From the IMG/VR virus record IMGVR_UViG_3300042523_000478, positions 27,987 through 91,986 of that record: 64,000 nucleotides of DNA; one strand, written 5' to 3'. The notes beneath the pieces were generated by a model. It saw only the letters and a program-made list of their open reading frames with translations. It was not told the DNA's origin and made no database searches. Shown here one piece after another: positions 1 through 10,624 of this stretch. The DNA comes from a virus. The translations under genes were made by a program, and so were the position numbers. The stretch's first letter is position 1. Every line of letters starts with the position of its first letter.

Positions 1-469
1 TTGTTGTTAAATGAATTAAATCATTTGTTATTTTTTCATTTAAAAATTCTTTACTAATTACCATTACCCCAGTGTTATATTGGTCAATATAAAGTTCTCT
101 TACTGCACCAAAAGGTTTTTCATAATCAATCAAATAATCTATGTTACCTAATACAACAATGTCACAATCTAAAAATATAATCTTATCAAATTCCGTTAAT
201 GAAAAAATTTCATATTTTGTATAATCACCAAACATTCTTTGTTGGTCTTTTAATTTTTCTATCTCAAAATATTTTTCAGTATCAAACTTTTTTATATGAA
301 TATTGTTGTATATTTTTCTTGAGGTAATTAAATCTTCAGGGTTTAAATCGTTACTAATTATAACAAATGGAATATTTTCATTTACAACTCTTGGGTTGTT
401 ATCAATTAATGATTTTAACATTACTTCAAACCCGATTAGATAATCTTTATTACAAACACTTACAAACAT
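1..469 (-). CDS. Glycosyltransferase family 8 (glycogenin-like), 3' end runs off the window
   Basis: Not in ORF track. Manual translation from ATG at 469 gives MFVSVCNKDYLIGFEVMLKSLIDNN...YTKYEIFSLTEFDKIIFLDCDIVVLGNIDYL...YNTGVMVI, with the GT8 DxD and N-x-G-V motifs. Confidence 0.8.
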   Translation of the reverse strand, partial: MFVSVCNKDYLIGFEVMLKSLIDNNPRVVNENIPFVIISNDLNPEDLITSRKIYNNIHIKKFDTEKYFEIEKLKDQQRMFGDYTKYEIFSLTEFDKIIFLDCDIVVLGNIDYLIDYEKPFGAVRELYIDQYNTGVMVISKEFLNEKITNDLIHLTT

Positions 470-509
470 ATCTTAAATATAAAAAATCAAATGTAAAAGT
501 GTATTAAAT

Positions 510-537
510 AAAAAAACCCCTCTTTGTGGGAGGGGCT
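510..537 (-). terminator. Rho-independent terminator after the 565..2217 gene
   Basis: Minus strand reads GCCCCTCCCACAAAGAGGGG followed by a T-run. Confidence 0.7.
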
Positions 538-564
538 AATAATATTTTTAATTATTATATTATC

Positions 565-2217
565 CTAAGATGACCACCTTGCACGACATCTCCAATTAAT
601 TATTGTGGATGTATCACCTTCATCGTTATTTTGAACACTAACAATTATAGTGTCGTCGGCATAAGTCAAAACACTTGTAACACTTGAAGGAAATGTTGAC
701 TGGTTTAGATTTATAGTAGGTCCGTCTGCTGACAATTCATACAATGAACCTGTATCTCCAGATAATAAATATCCAGATGTAAATTCTTGTGTTAATCCTG
801 ATAAATAATTGTTATCATAAGCATTACACCAAATTTTTACATTTGTTGTTCTAAATTCTTGTGGTGTGATAAGTATTTCTATAATGTTTGCACTAGTACC
901 TCCAGTTATTGTAACATCTGCAGTGTTATATCTAAAGTTGTTTAAATCTACGTAAGATCCAGAATCATTATTATTGGTATAAATATAAATCTGACCGTTA
1001 TCAACACTAATTTGGGACTCATTATTGTCGTCAGATGATGTGAGTGTAATTCCGCCTGATCTTAAATTAAACAATGAATTTGACGTAACTCCAGATTTTG
1101 TAACACCCATATTAATTTCTCCAGAAATAGATGTAAAATCATTTACCGATAATGAAGCAAACTCTAAATTAGATTTTATCAAGGTTCCGTTTGTCATAAC
1201 AATATCACTACCAGTTTCATTACCAATTGAAATTACTTCAGATAATGATGGTGTATTACCAGTAAAATCATTACCAACAATAACCAAACCATTTGAGTCA
1301 ATGCCTAAACTATTAACTGAAGTGCCTGTTGATATATTTCCAATATTTAAATAAGGAACATAAACTGTGTCATCTGTTGTTCCTGTAATACCAGAACCAC
1401 CAATAACCACAATTCTATCTCCCATAATAACCGAATTATTTGATATCGCAAAAGAACAATCCCCAATTACGGTATTTGTATATCCCCCAGATACGGTTGA
1501 CCCATATCCTGAAACGGTATTTCCATATCCCCCAGCAATAACTGAATTATATTTTATTGCGGTGTTAAATGAACCACCCCCGATTGTTACACCATCTAAA
1601 TAAGCTTTATTACAAATACCTCCAGATATTGTGGCGTAAGTCCCATAGTTTTGATTTCTTGTACCACCGGCAACCACAGAAAAGTTTGATACCGATGTGT
1701 TTGAGTTACCCCCACCAACAACAGAAGAACTTCCTAAGTTTGCATTATTACAACCACCACCAACAATTGAGAAGTCAGCAATAGATGTGTTGTTTAAACC
1801 ACCTCCGATTATCCCATAAAGGGAATTAACCGTATTATTTTCCCCACCACCAACTACGGTACATTCACAAGTGGAAACGTTAAATGTTCCACCAGCAACA
1901 ACCGATAAAGAATCAGATGCGGTATTATTTTTACCACCACCAATAAATGAAAACTCACCATTGGCAACGTTTAATGAACCACCAAGAATCCCAGAACAAA
2001 ATCCTGAAGATGTGTTTAAAAACCCTCCACCAACAACCGAGTTATAACAAGACGATGTGTTATTTTGTCCACCACCAACAAATGAATATTTTCCTGATGA
2101 GGTATTTTGATAACCACCTGTTACTGTCGCATATTGTCTAATTGCGGTGTTTTGATTATCACATCTTACTGTTGATGTTAGTCCACCAATAGGGTCGTTT
2201 ATAATAACATATGCCAT
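565..2217 (-). CDS. Tail fibre/adhesin-like protein with YadA/Hep-Hag-like GGxxN repeats
   Basis: About 18 tandem ~15-aa S(V/I)xGGxxNx repeats; N-terminus is paralogous to that of the neighbouring 1362-aa protein. Confidence 0.65.
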   Translation of the reverse strand: MAYVIINDPIGGLTSTVRCDNQNTAIRQYATVTGGYQNTSSGKYSFVGGGQNNTSSCYNSVVGGGFLNTSSGFCSGILGGSLNVANGEFSFIGGGKNNTASDSLSVVAGGTFNVSTCECTVVGGGENNTVNSLYGIIGGGLNNTSIADFSIVGGGCNNANLGSSSVVGGGNSNTSVSNFSVVAGGTRNQNYGTYATISGGICNKAYLDGVTIGGGSFNTAIKYNSVIAGGYGNTVSGYGSTVSGGYTNTVIGDCSFAISNNSVIMGDRIVVIGGSGITGTTDDTVYVPYLNIGNISTGTSVNSLGIDSNGLVIVGNDFTGNTPSLSEVISIGNETGSDIVMTNGTLIKSNLEFASLSVNDFTSISGEINMGVTKSGVTSNSLFNLRSGGITLTSSDDNNESQISVDNGQIYIYTNNNDSGSYVDLNNFRYNTADVTITGGTSANIIEILITPQEFRTTNVKIWCNAYDNNYLSGLTQEFTSGYLLSGDTGSLYELSADGPTINLNQSTFPSSVTSVLTYADDTIIVSVQNNDEGDTSTIINWRCRARWSS

Positions 2218-2248
2218 TTTTATTTTTTTTTATTAATTTTTTATTTTT

Positions 2249-2281
2249 AAAAACCCCCAAGTTTCCCTGGGGGTTATTTTG
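2249..2281 (-). terminator. Hairpin terminator between the two fibre genes
   Basis: AACCCCCA...TGGGGGTT inverted repeat with flanking T-runs. Confidence 0.65.
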
Positions 2282-5200
2282 TTAAAGAGATATTTTTAAT
2301 GTACCACTATCATTCCATACGTATCCGGTTATCCCAGGATCAGTAGTTGGTAAACCATCCATTCTTACTTCAGTAGTCGGTTGTCCACCTCCACTTACAG
2401 TAAAGTTATTAACATATGTGTGATATGGTCTATCAGAAGTTATATTACAACCAACAATATGTGAGTGAATACAAGTCGCTTTGTTTGAACACCCTCCGAT
2501 AATTGATGTGAAATCTCCTGCCGATGTGTTAAGAGTTCCTCCACCAACAGTTGCGTTTAAACCTACCGATGTGTTAGATAAACCTCCAGATACAGTACCG
2601 TTGGTTGACGATGATCTAACAACGTTAGATCTACCACCACCAATGTAACCATACTGACCACAAACTTTATTTCCACAACCACCAAATATACTACCAAAAG
2701 ATGATGGAGATAATACCATATTATTATAACCACCCCCAATTGACCCATAAAGACATGAGTTTGTGTTTAATCTACCTCCACTAATCACAGAACCACAAGC
2801 GGTTAATGTATTAATATTACAAGCACCACCCCCAATTGTTGAATTCCATATTAAAGATTGGTTACTAAATCCACCAGCAACTACGGTTGAAACCCCTGAT
2901 GAAATATTTAACATACCCCCACCAACTACGGTTTGATAACATGATGATGTATTACTACAACCACCACCAATAAATGAGTAATATCCAGAACTTGTATTAG
3001 ATCTACCTCCCGCAATTGTTGAATAAGGGGAAGCGGCATAGTTATTAAAACCACCTAAAATTGAAGATCCGTTAGAATATGAAGAGTTAGTACAACCTAA
3101 CGCAATTGACGAATTTGCTGAAGCTATGTTTGAGTTTCCAGCCCTTATTGAAGAACCTACTCCAGTACCCGCAACTATAACACCAGTTAATCCAGTAAAT
3201 GTAATTCCACCAATAGAAACTGTTCCGTTTTGTCTTTCTAAGTTTAAGATACCAGTACTATTATCAAATGTACCTCCAGTTACATAATAATCATTATTTA
3301 AGAAACCAGTTGCGGTAACAACGTTTCCATTATTTAATGATAAATCTAAAGTTCCGTTAGAGTATGTTGCTCCAGTTACAAAATTATTTAATGTTTGGAA
3401 TCCTAATACACTGATTGGGGCTTGTCCATTATTTTGGAGTAATGTTAATTCTCCAGTTGACGCACTATAAGTAGCTCCGGTTAAGAATGTATCCGTACCA
3501 CCTGTATAAAGTCCATTTATTGTAACAGAACCATTTTGTCTATCTAATGTTATTGAACCATTAGAATAAGTTCCACCAGTTACATAGTAATCTGTGAATC
3601 CTGTAATTGTTACTGTTGATCCGTCAGTATTTGTTAAAGTTAAATCTCCAGCAGCAAAAGTACCACCAGTTAAGAACACATCAGTGTATCCAGTTGTAAA
3701 CCCTGACACATCAACTGTTTGTCCAGATGTGTTTGTAAATGTTACAACACCTGTACTAGAATTATATGTACCTCCGGTTAAACCTAAGTCAGTTGCTAAA
3801 ATCCCTAAACTTACCGTATAATCGTTACCATCGTTAACGGATGCCGTTAATGTAAATCCACTAGTGTCAAATGTTAAACCAGTTAAGAAATAATCTGTTG
3901 TTGACGAACCAACAACAACATTACCTGAACCATCAACCGCTAAGTTTGAAACTGGAGTTGTTGCTCCTACTGTTTGAATATTTAAATATGGTACGTAAAC
4001 AGTGTCGTTATTAGTTGATATAATATTTTGACCACCAACAACTGCACTTCTAGTTCCAACTGCGGTATTATTACAACCACCAAGTATCATTGAATATAAA
4101 CCGGATGTTGTATTTAATCTACCCCCACTAATCACTGACCCACAAGCGGTTGGTAATGTTGTGTTACACGCACCACCACCAATTGTTGAATTCCATATTG
4201 ATGCTGCGTTACGGTAACCTCCACTTACTGTTGTTGATACTCCAGAAGATGTATTACTGTAACCACCACCAATTGATGCGCTTACGCAAGTTGATTTATT
4301 ATATCCACCACCACCAATTGATGAATAGCACCCTAGTGATATGTTATAAAGTCCACCACCAATTGATGACTGAGTCCCTAATGATGTATTATTCCATCCA
4401 CCTCCAATTGAAGATTGAACCCCTAATGATGTGTTAAAACACCCACCACCAACAGTAGCTTGATTATTACAAGTTTTATTACCCCAACCACCAACAATAC
4501 TTGACATATAACCTTGTGTTTGGTTTGAATAACCTCCACCAACAAATGAATACGCACCAGTCGCAGAGTTAAAATAACCACCCGCAACTGTATCGGTAAC
4601 GCTGTTTGCAAGGTTGGATACACCTCCACCAACAGTAGCACCATACTGTGTTGCTACGTTATTATAACCACCAATTACTGTTGAATATTGTCCCGAAGCA
4701 CTGTTATTATTATTTTTTCTAACTGTTGAGGATCCTCCTGTCCCCGCTATAATAACTGCGTCATCAATTCCAGAAATATTAACAGTACCGTTTTGTTGTT
4801 GTATTGTTATTGTTCCTGTTGATGGTGTGTAATATCCTCCAGTTACGTAAACATCTGTGTATCCAGTTAAGAAACCGGTAACATTAAATGTTCCTCCACT
4901 ACTATTTGTAAATGTTGCGGTACCACTGTTAAGGTCATAAGTACCTCCAGTAATTGTCATATCTGAAGAAAGTATACCTAAATTAACCGTATCGGTAAAT
5001 CCGTCATTTCTTTCTATTGTTAAATCATAATTAAGAGTATCAAAAGTCATTCCGGTAACATAAATGTCCGTAAACCCTGTTGTAAACCCGGTTATTAAAA
5101 CAGATTGTATTTGACTATCTAACGTTAAAGTTCCCGTATTGTTATCATATGTTCCTCCTGTAACATATGAATCTAATGCCGTAAATCCTGTGATTGTTAC

Positions 5201-6370
5201 TGTTGAACCATCAGTATTTATTAAAGTTAAATCTCCAGCGGCAAAAGTTCCACCAGTTAAAAAAACATCTGTATATCCGGTTGTAAAACCTGATACGTCA
5301 ACAGTTTGTCCAGAAGTATTAGTAAATGTAACAACACCAGTATTAGGGTTGTAAGTACCTCCGGTTAAACCTAAGTCGGTTGCTAAAATACCTAAACTTA
5401 CACTATAAGAATTACCATCGTTAACGGATGCCGTTAATGTGAATCCACTATTATCAAAAGTTAAACCAGTTAAGAAATAATCTTGTAGTCCATTAATAAT
5501 AACATTACTACCATCATTATTATCTAATGTTAATGTTTGTGTATTATAATCTAACGTACCTCCGGTAACAAAAATATCTTGTGTTAAAAATCCTCCAGTT
5601 GTTAAACTAACTCCATTGTTGTTATCTAAAGTTAATAAACCAGTGTTAGTGTCAAAAGTAAAACCTGTTGCAAATACATCTTGAGTAATAAATCCTCCAG
5701 TTGTTAGATTAACACCATTGTTATTATTCAAAGTTAATAAACCTGTGTTATTGTTAAAAGTAAGACCTGTTGCAAATACATCATTACCAACAACAACGTT
5801 TCCATTTAAATCTATTCCTAAATTATTTAGAGATGTTGTTGACCCGACAGTATCAACATTTAATTGTGGCACATATACTGTGTTTGATTGAGTACCAATA
5901 ATATTACTACCACCAAGTACAACACTTCTAGTTCCAACTGCGGTATTATAAGAACCACCAACAACTGATGAATAATTACCAAGAGTTGTATTAAATTCAC
6001 CATTACCTATAAATGAATCACACCCAAGACCGGTATTGTTATCTCCTCCTGTTACCGTAGAACCAGATCTAGAAACGTTATTATCACCACCAAGTACAAT
6101 TGATTTTGTATCATTTGCGGTATTACAATAACCACCAGCGATTACAGAATATCTACCTATTGCACTATTATAAGAACCACCACCAACGGTTGACCCATAT
6201 CCGGTTGATTTATTATAAGCTCCTCCGGCGATTATAGAGTAAGTATTATTGGAAGTATTTCCTCTACCTCCACTTACCGTTGAATACACCGCAGCAGCTG
6301 AATTTCCTTGTGAACATCTAACGGTAGATGTAGTTCCACCAGTTAAATCGTTAATTATTACAAAAGCCAT
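2282..6370 (-). CDS. Large tail fibre/adhesin: three GGxxN beta-roll blocks joined by TGGT(Y/F) shaft repeats
   Basis: Repeat architecture is visible in the translation; Gly/Thr/Ser/Asn-rich; late motif upstream. Confidence 0.7.
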   Translation of the reverse strand: MAFVIINDLTGGTTSTVRCSQGNSAAAVYSTVSGGRGNTSNNTYSIIAGGAYNKSTGYGSTVGGGSYNSAIGRYSVIAGGYCNTANDTKSIVLGGDNNVSRSGSTVTGGDNNTGLGCDSFIGNGEFNTTLGNYSSVVGGSYNTAVGTRSVVLGGSNIIGTQSNTVYVPQLNVDTVGSTTSLNNLGIDLNGNVVVGNDVFATGLTFNNNTGLLTLNNNNGVNLTTGGFITQDVFATGFTFDTNTGLLTLDNNNGVSLTTGGFLTQDIFVTGGTLDYNTQTLTLDNNDGSNVIINGLQDYFLTGLTFDNSGFTLTASVNDGNSYSVSLGILATDLGLTGGTYNPNTGVVTFTNTSGQTVDVSGFTTGYTDVFLTGGTFAAGDLTLINTDGSTVTITGFTALDSYVTGGTYDNNTGTLTLDSQIQSVLITGFTTGFTDIYVTGMTFDTLNYDLTIERNDGFTDTVNLGILSSDMTITGGTYDLNSGTATFTNSSGGTFNVTGFLTGYTDVYVTGGYYTPSTGTITIQQQNGTVNISGIDDAVIIAGTGGSSTVRKNNNNSASGQYSTVIGGYNNVATQYGATVGGGVSNLANSVTDTVAGGYFNSATGAYSFVGGGYSNQTQGYMSSIVGGWGNKTCNNQATVGGGCFNTSLGVQSSIGGGWNNTSLGTQSSIGGGLYNISLGCYSSIGGGGYNKSTCVSASIGGGYSNTSSGVSTTVSGGYRNAASIWNSTIGGGACNTTLPTACGSVISGGRLNTTSGLYSMILGGCNNTAVGTRSAVVGGQNIISTNNDTVYVPYLNIQTVGATTPVSNLAVDGSGNVVVGSSTTDYFLTGLTFDTSGFTLTASVNDGNDYTVSLGILATDLGLTGGTYNSSTGVVTFTNTSGQTVDVSGFTTGYTDVFLTGGTFAAGDLTLTNTDGSTVTITGFTDYYVTGGTYSNGSITLDRQNGSVTINGLYTGGTDTFLTGATYSASTGELTLLQNNGQAPISVLGFQTLNNFVTGATYSNGTLDLSLNNGNVVTATGFLNNDYYVTGGTFDNSTGILNLERQNGTVSIGGITFTGLTGVIVAGTGVGSSIRAGNSNIASANSSIALGCTNSSYSNGSSILGGFNNYAASPYSTIAGGRSNTSSGYYSFIGGGCSNTSSCYQTVVGGGMLNISSGVSTVVAGGFSNQSLIWNSTIGGGACNINTLTACGSVISGGRLNTNSCLYGSIGGGYNNMVLSPSSFGSIFGGCGNKVCGQYGYIGGGRSNVVRSSSTNGTVSGGLSNTSVGLNATVGGGTLNTSAGDFTSIIGGCSNKATCIHSHIVGCNITSDRPYHTYVNNFTVSGGGQPTTEVRMDGLPTTDPGITGYVWNDSGTLKISL
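3594..5482. repeat. ~300 bp intragenic duplication (3594-3895 vs 5180-5482)
   Basis: Both copies encode DYFLTGLTFD..SGFTLTASVNDG..Y.VSLGILATDLGLTGGTYN..TGVVTFTNTSGQTVDVSGFTTGYTDVFLTGGTFAAGDLTL.NTDGSTVTITGFT. Confidence 0.9.
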
Positions 6371-6478
6371 TTTGTTTGTTTGTTTTTAATGTTTATTTAA
6401 TTTCTTTTATTTGATAAATATCTCAATAAAAGATAAATAAAGAATTAATCTAAAAAAAAACGAAAATTTTATATGTAA

Positions 6479-8665
6479 CTAAATTAAAAAACTTGTTGTG
6501 GTGGTTGTGGTATGTCCCCCAATAGTGTAAGTAAAATCATTTGGTTCACAAACTACTATATCACAATCAGGACAAAATGGGTTAAACATCCTAAATTTTT
6601 CCTTTAATAAATTAAAGTTGTGTCTTATTTCTGAAGCATTTATTGGTTCAACATACATTCTAAATTGTGAAATACCACCTTCAAAAGTACCCCCAAATTC
6701 TTTTTCTAATAAAATATTTGTTGTTAATCCGGATAATGATGTTCCGGACAAAATTGATGTTGGAAAACACTCTGGGTCTTGAATATAATTACTATAAGGA
6801 AGGGTACAAGAAGAAAATGTTAAATTTTCGTGAAGACCCTGAGTTCCCCCTCCCCAAGATATATTAAAAGGAACCCCTAATTGTTTTTCTTTATCGGTAT
6901 TTAAAGCTCTTGGTATCACTTCCTCAAAGTCCTCAATTGTATAATGTAGTTTACCGTTAACATATATTTTTAATCTACCATCCCTAAATTTTTTATCTTC
7001 AATCCAACTATAATTAAGGTTAACAATATCAACACTTAATTCTATTTTTAACCCATTAGTATAAGGAGGTTTAATTAGTTCAACGGAATTGTTTGCCAAA
7101 CTTTCTAAAGGTTCTGTTTTTGTAATATTACCTAACCCACCTCTGTACCATAAGTCACAATTGTCCAAATATGAATATCTTTCCCATACAACATCAAGTA
7201 AAAACCAATGTTCTAAATTTAAAAATTCTGGATTAATATTTTCACAATAAGAGTATATTGGAGGAGTACACCATTCTTGTATTGTATAACCTGTAACAAA
7301 TGTTTGACCTGTTATTGTGGTTCCTGTTGTAATACAATCTCCGGTAAACTTAAGAACTTTAATTCCAATACCAGGATTTTTAGGGTCTCCACATAATTTA
7401 AATGAAATATTATTTGACATAGAATCATATAAAGGGTCTTTCTCACAAGTATCCTCAATTGAAGTGTAACCTGTTGGGGTGCAATCCAAACAATCCAAAC
7501 AAGTATCGCAAACAGCACAACTTGGAGTACAAACCGGAACAATGTGATCACAAGTTGGTATTGGACTTGGTGTAGGTGTTGGTGTAGGTGTTGGGGGTAT
7601 TATTGTTACACAAGGGTGATTAAAACATTCCCACCCACAAGTTAAACAAGCGGAGTCTCCACATCCACACCCACAAGTTAATTTTTTTTCAGTTAACCCA
7701 CCACATTTGTCACAACCATAATTTAAATGAGGGTCATATTGACCATTTATAGATCTTGGGGGATACACAAAAATACATCTACTATTTGTTATAGTTTCAT
7801 TACAACAAGCGCAAGTTTGTAAACAATTGGATAAAGGGGTGGTAACTCTAGTATAACCGGTAAAACAATTTGGTGTTCCATCGGCGTAATGATAAAACTT
7901 ATTTTCCGCCCTAGTCCCCAAATAAAAAAAAGTATTTTTGTTTTCAGGATAAATTAAATTTAAAGTTGTTTCTCCAGTTGAGGGACCAAACTCATCGCAG
8001 AATCTTGGTTTTAAAACCATTTCAACAGACCAACCTTTATTTATTCTTTCCGGTAAAATTTCATAATCATAACCAAAAAGTTTATAAAATCCCTGATAGA
8101 ACCCACCATACAATTCGTGGTATTTACCTGCGGTTGGGTCTATCTTACTAACAACCTCATATAAGGTATAATTAGATATACCAGAAAATTTATTATATTC
8201 ACCAGTATAACCAGTTACTTGTATTAACTTTAACCTTCTATCAACGTGTAACCTATCAAATTTAACGGTGTCGTCAAATAAACCATTTGTAAAAAATAAT
8301 TCTTCTCCAGACATTTTATTAACCAAACCATTATCAATACCTGTTAACCCAATATCACAAACGGTTGATGCCGAATAATTACAAAAATTTTCTTTTTTTG
8401 GGTTATAATAATTTTGGGAAACAAATATATTGTTTGGGTTAAAATTTTTATATGTTAATGTTAAATCCTGTGCGGTTAATGGGTTATCAATATCAAAGTA
8501 TACCGGTAACTTATTACCATATGTTTCTGCAATTAAATATGGTGAAAATATAACCTCCTCATAATAATCCCTTTCATCTGAAGTTAGGGACATGTCCATA
8601 CTATCAGAAATCATATTAAGATTATATTTTTTATAAACGTATTGGTTAATATTTTGTTGTGCCAT
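6479..8665 (-). CDS. Putative virion protein; LamG/concanavalin-like segments around a Cys-rich insert and PTPTP linker
   Basis: C-terminal GRLKIYVNG...FEGGISQFRMY resembles LamG; many CxxC motifs; late motif upstream. Confidence 0.5.
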   Translation of the reverse strand: MAQQNINQYVYKKYNLNMISDSMDMSLTSDERDYYEEVIFSPYLIAETYGNKLPVYFDIDNPLTAQDLTLTYKNFNPNNIFVSQNYYNPKKENFCNYSASTVCDIGLTGIDNGLVNKMSGEELFFTNGLFDDTVKFDRLHVDRRLKLIQVTGYTGEYNKFSGISNYTLYEVVSKIDPTAGKYHELYGGFYQGFYKLFGYDYEILPERINKGWSVEMVLKPRFCDEFGPSTGETTLNLIYPENKNTFFYLGTRAENKFYHYADGTPNCFTGYTRVTTPLSNCLQTCACCNETITNSRCIFVYPPRSINGQYDPHLNYGCDKCGGLTEKKLTCGCGCGDSACLTCGWECFNHPCVTIIPPTPTPTPTPSPIPTCDHIVPVCTPSCAVCDTCLDCLDCTPTGYTSIEDTCEKDPLYDSMSNNISFKLCGDPKNPGIGIKVLKFTGDCITTGTTITGQTFVTGYTIQEWCTPPIYSYCENINPEFLNLEHWFLLDVVWERYSYLDNCDLWYRGGLGNITKTEPLESLANNSVELIKPPYTNGLKIELSVDIVNLNYSWIEDKKFRDGRLKIYVNGKLHYTIEDFEEVIPRALNTDKEKQLGVPFNISWGGGTQGLHENLTFSSCTLPYSNYIQDPECFPTSILSGTSLSGLTTNILLEKEFGGTFEGGISQFRMYVEPINASEIRHNFNLLKEKFRMFNPFCPDCDIVVCEPNDFTYTIGGHTTTTTTSFLI

Positions 8666-8717
8666 ACTTTTTATTTATAAATACAACAAATCAAAGTATT
8701 TATATGAAAAACTGTTT

Positions 8718-9872
8718 ATGATTGAGTTTGAAAAAGAATATTTTAATAAACCATATTATTTCTTTTTAAAGGATAGGGGGAATAAAATATCTTTGCATTA
8801 TTCTGTATCTGAAAATTTAAATGAGGCAAAGAAAGAAGATAACAAAATGGACTTCCCTAAAAAAGAAGAAAAAAATGTTAAAAATTTTATTTCAAAAACC
8901 CTTAAAGATAGTAGAAAAATAAGTTTAGATTCTATAACTAAAAATTTAAAAAAATTAGTTTCCTCAACTAAAGATGAGGTGGTTGAAACAAAATTATTAG
9001 GGAAGATACTTTCAAAATCAATAACCTCATTTGTTAAAGGGGGTGATTTTAAATTAGATAAAGAGGACGTTGATTTTATTAAATCACAATCAAAAGATAT
9101 TTTAAAATTAATACCAATTATTGTTTTTCAATTGGTTCCAGGATCAACAATTGCAACTCCATTTATAATTTCATTAGCGGATAAAGCGGGTATTAGATTA
9201 AATAGTAAAATACCTGAAAAATATAAAAAGAAAGAAAAAGAAGGTGGTGAATTAGATGAATTTGTTGATGCGGATGGAAGTTTTTCTTCTTCAAACATAC
9301 CAATTTTAGATATGGGACAACACACTCAATGGACACAAGACCAGAGAGCCGCATTAATTAGAAACGCTACCGGTATGTTCCCTCAAAGAGCTAGAATATT
9401 TTATGGGGAATCAAAAGAAAATAAAACACCATTAGAGGAAGAAAATTACTCCGACACTTATGGGTATGCGGAAATGGAAAATGTAAACTCATTTAATGAA
9501 TGTTTAGAGGTTTTTGAAGAGTTGGGGGTAAAAGATCCGTTTGAAAGATATGAAAGATGTATGAGTTTTGGTTACGACCCTGAACTTGATGTAGAACTTA
9601 AACAAGAAAAAAAACATGGTGAGTGTGAGGATTGTGATGTTAAAATGAGAATCAACGAACTTAGAAAAGATAAGATGAAAAAAATGATTGATGAAATCTT
9701 ATTGGATAAAAAGAAAAAATCTGAGGATGTTGTAAAAAAAGATTCTGATGAAGACGATGAATCCCCAATAAGTAAAATACTTTTAAGAAATATAGAATCA
9801 ATTAAGAAAATTGCAGAAAAAGAAGGTATTGATTTAAATAAATTAATAAAACATTTAAAAGAAGGTGAATAA
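8718..9872 (+). CDS. Hypothetical protein, probably head-internal, with a LETM1-like segment
   Basis: ORF track; segment DILKLIPIIVFQLVPGSTIATPFII flanked by VVE/LDE motifs; late motif upstream. Confidence 0.5.
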   Translation: MIEFEKEYFNKPYYFFLKDRGNKISLHYSVSENLNEAKKEDNKMDFPKKEEKNVKNFISKTLKDSRKISLDSITKNLKKLVSSTKDEVVETKLLGKILSKSITSFVKGGDFKLDKEDVDFIKSQSKDILKLIPIIVFQLVPGSTIATPFIISLADKAGIRLNSKIPEKYKKKEKEGGELDEFVDADGSFSSSNIPILDMGQHTQWTQDQRAALIRNATGMFPQRARIFYGESKENKTPLEEENYSDTYGYAEMENVNSFNECLEVFEELGVKDPFERYERCMSFGYDPELDVELKQEKKHGECEDCDVKMRINELRKDKMKKMIDEILLDKKKKSEDVVKKDSDEDDESPISKILLRNIESIKKIAEKEGIDLNKLIKHLKEGE

Positions 9873-10335
9873 AGATTTATATGGACAAGTTATTTATCTA
9901 CCAAAGGAGATAGTTGAATACTTAGGGATTTGTTTTAACCACTTACCTAATTCTGACACCTCGATTGAAGGACATAAAAGAAACCAAGAATTAAGAGATA
10001 CTGGGTATGTTACTTACCAACAATTAGGGAGGATTAAAAATTGGTTTGATAATTATTCTGGGGACGGAAAAGACGCTCCATATATTTTAAATGGTGCGGA
10101 TTATATGAAAAGTTGGACCGATAGGACCTTAGAGAGTATGAGAAATGGGGATTCGTTCACAAAAAGGATTGAAACTGAACATATGCCAGAACCAATTGAT
10201 GGTAAAGTATATGACGATATGGGTTGGTTAGCAGATATGAATAGACCATCTAAAGAACATAGTAAGTTTACGGATGATATAAAAATCACTGAAAACCTTA
10301 AAAAAATAAACAAAATAATGCAAAAACTACTTTAA
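9865..10335 (+). CDS. Hypothetical protein with C-terminal ITENLKKINKIMQKLL motif
   Basis: ORF overlapping the upstream stop codon (translational coupling). Confidence 0.7.
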   Translation: MNKDLYGQVIYLPKEIVEYLGICFNHLPNSDTSIEGHKRNQELRDTGYVTYQQLGRIKNWFDNYSGDGKDAPYILNGADYMKSWTDRTLESMRNGDSFTKRIETEHMPEPIDGKVYDDMGWLADMNRPSKEHSKFTDDIKITENLKKINKIMQKLL

Positions 10336-10336
10336 A

Positions 10337-10624
10337 ATGGCAACTAGTGAAAGATTAGATTTTAGTCAACCAATGAATGATTTAGGTCAAATTGGTGAAG
10401 AGCAAAGAAAAAAATTATTTCCAAAGAATGATTATAAAGAACAAAATAAATATTCAGCAACAAATCCTGACGCTCTTGGTGATGGTGATGAGTTTGGTAA
10501 AGGTACCGGTATTTTCTTAGATACCGCGAATGGAGGTTCTTCTGTTGATACATTAGAAAGAATTAATGAAATTAAAATTAACGAATATCAAATAGACAAA
10601 CCTTATACCACTCCATCGGCATAA
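10337..10624 (+). CDS. Hypothetical protein
   Basis: ORF in a tightly packed operon. Confidence 0.7.
   Translation: MATSERLDFSQPMNDLGQIGEEQRKKLFPKNDYKEQNKYSATNPDALGDGDEFGKGTGIFLDTANGGSSVDTLERINEIKINEYQIDKPYTTPSA

Noticed and set aside
3594-5482. Duplicated segment in the tail fibre as a diversity-generating retroelement TR/VR pair
   Set aside because: Both copies are in-frame coding, differences are mostly synonymous and not adenine-specific, and no reverse transcriptase is present.
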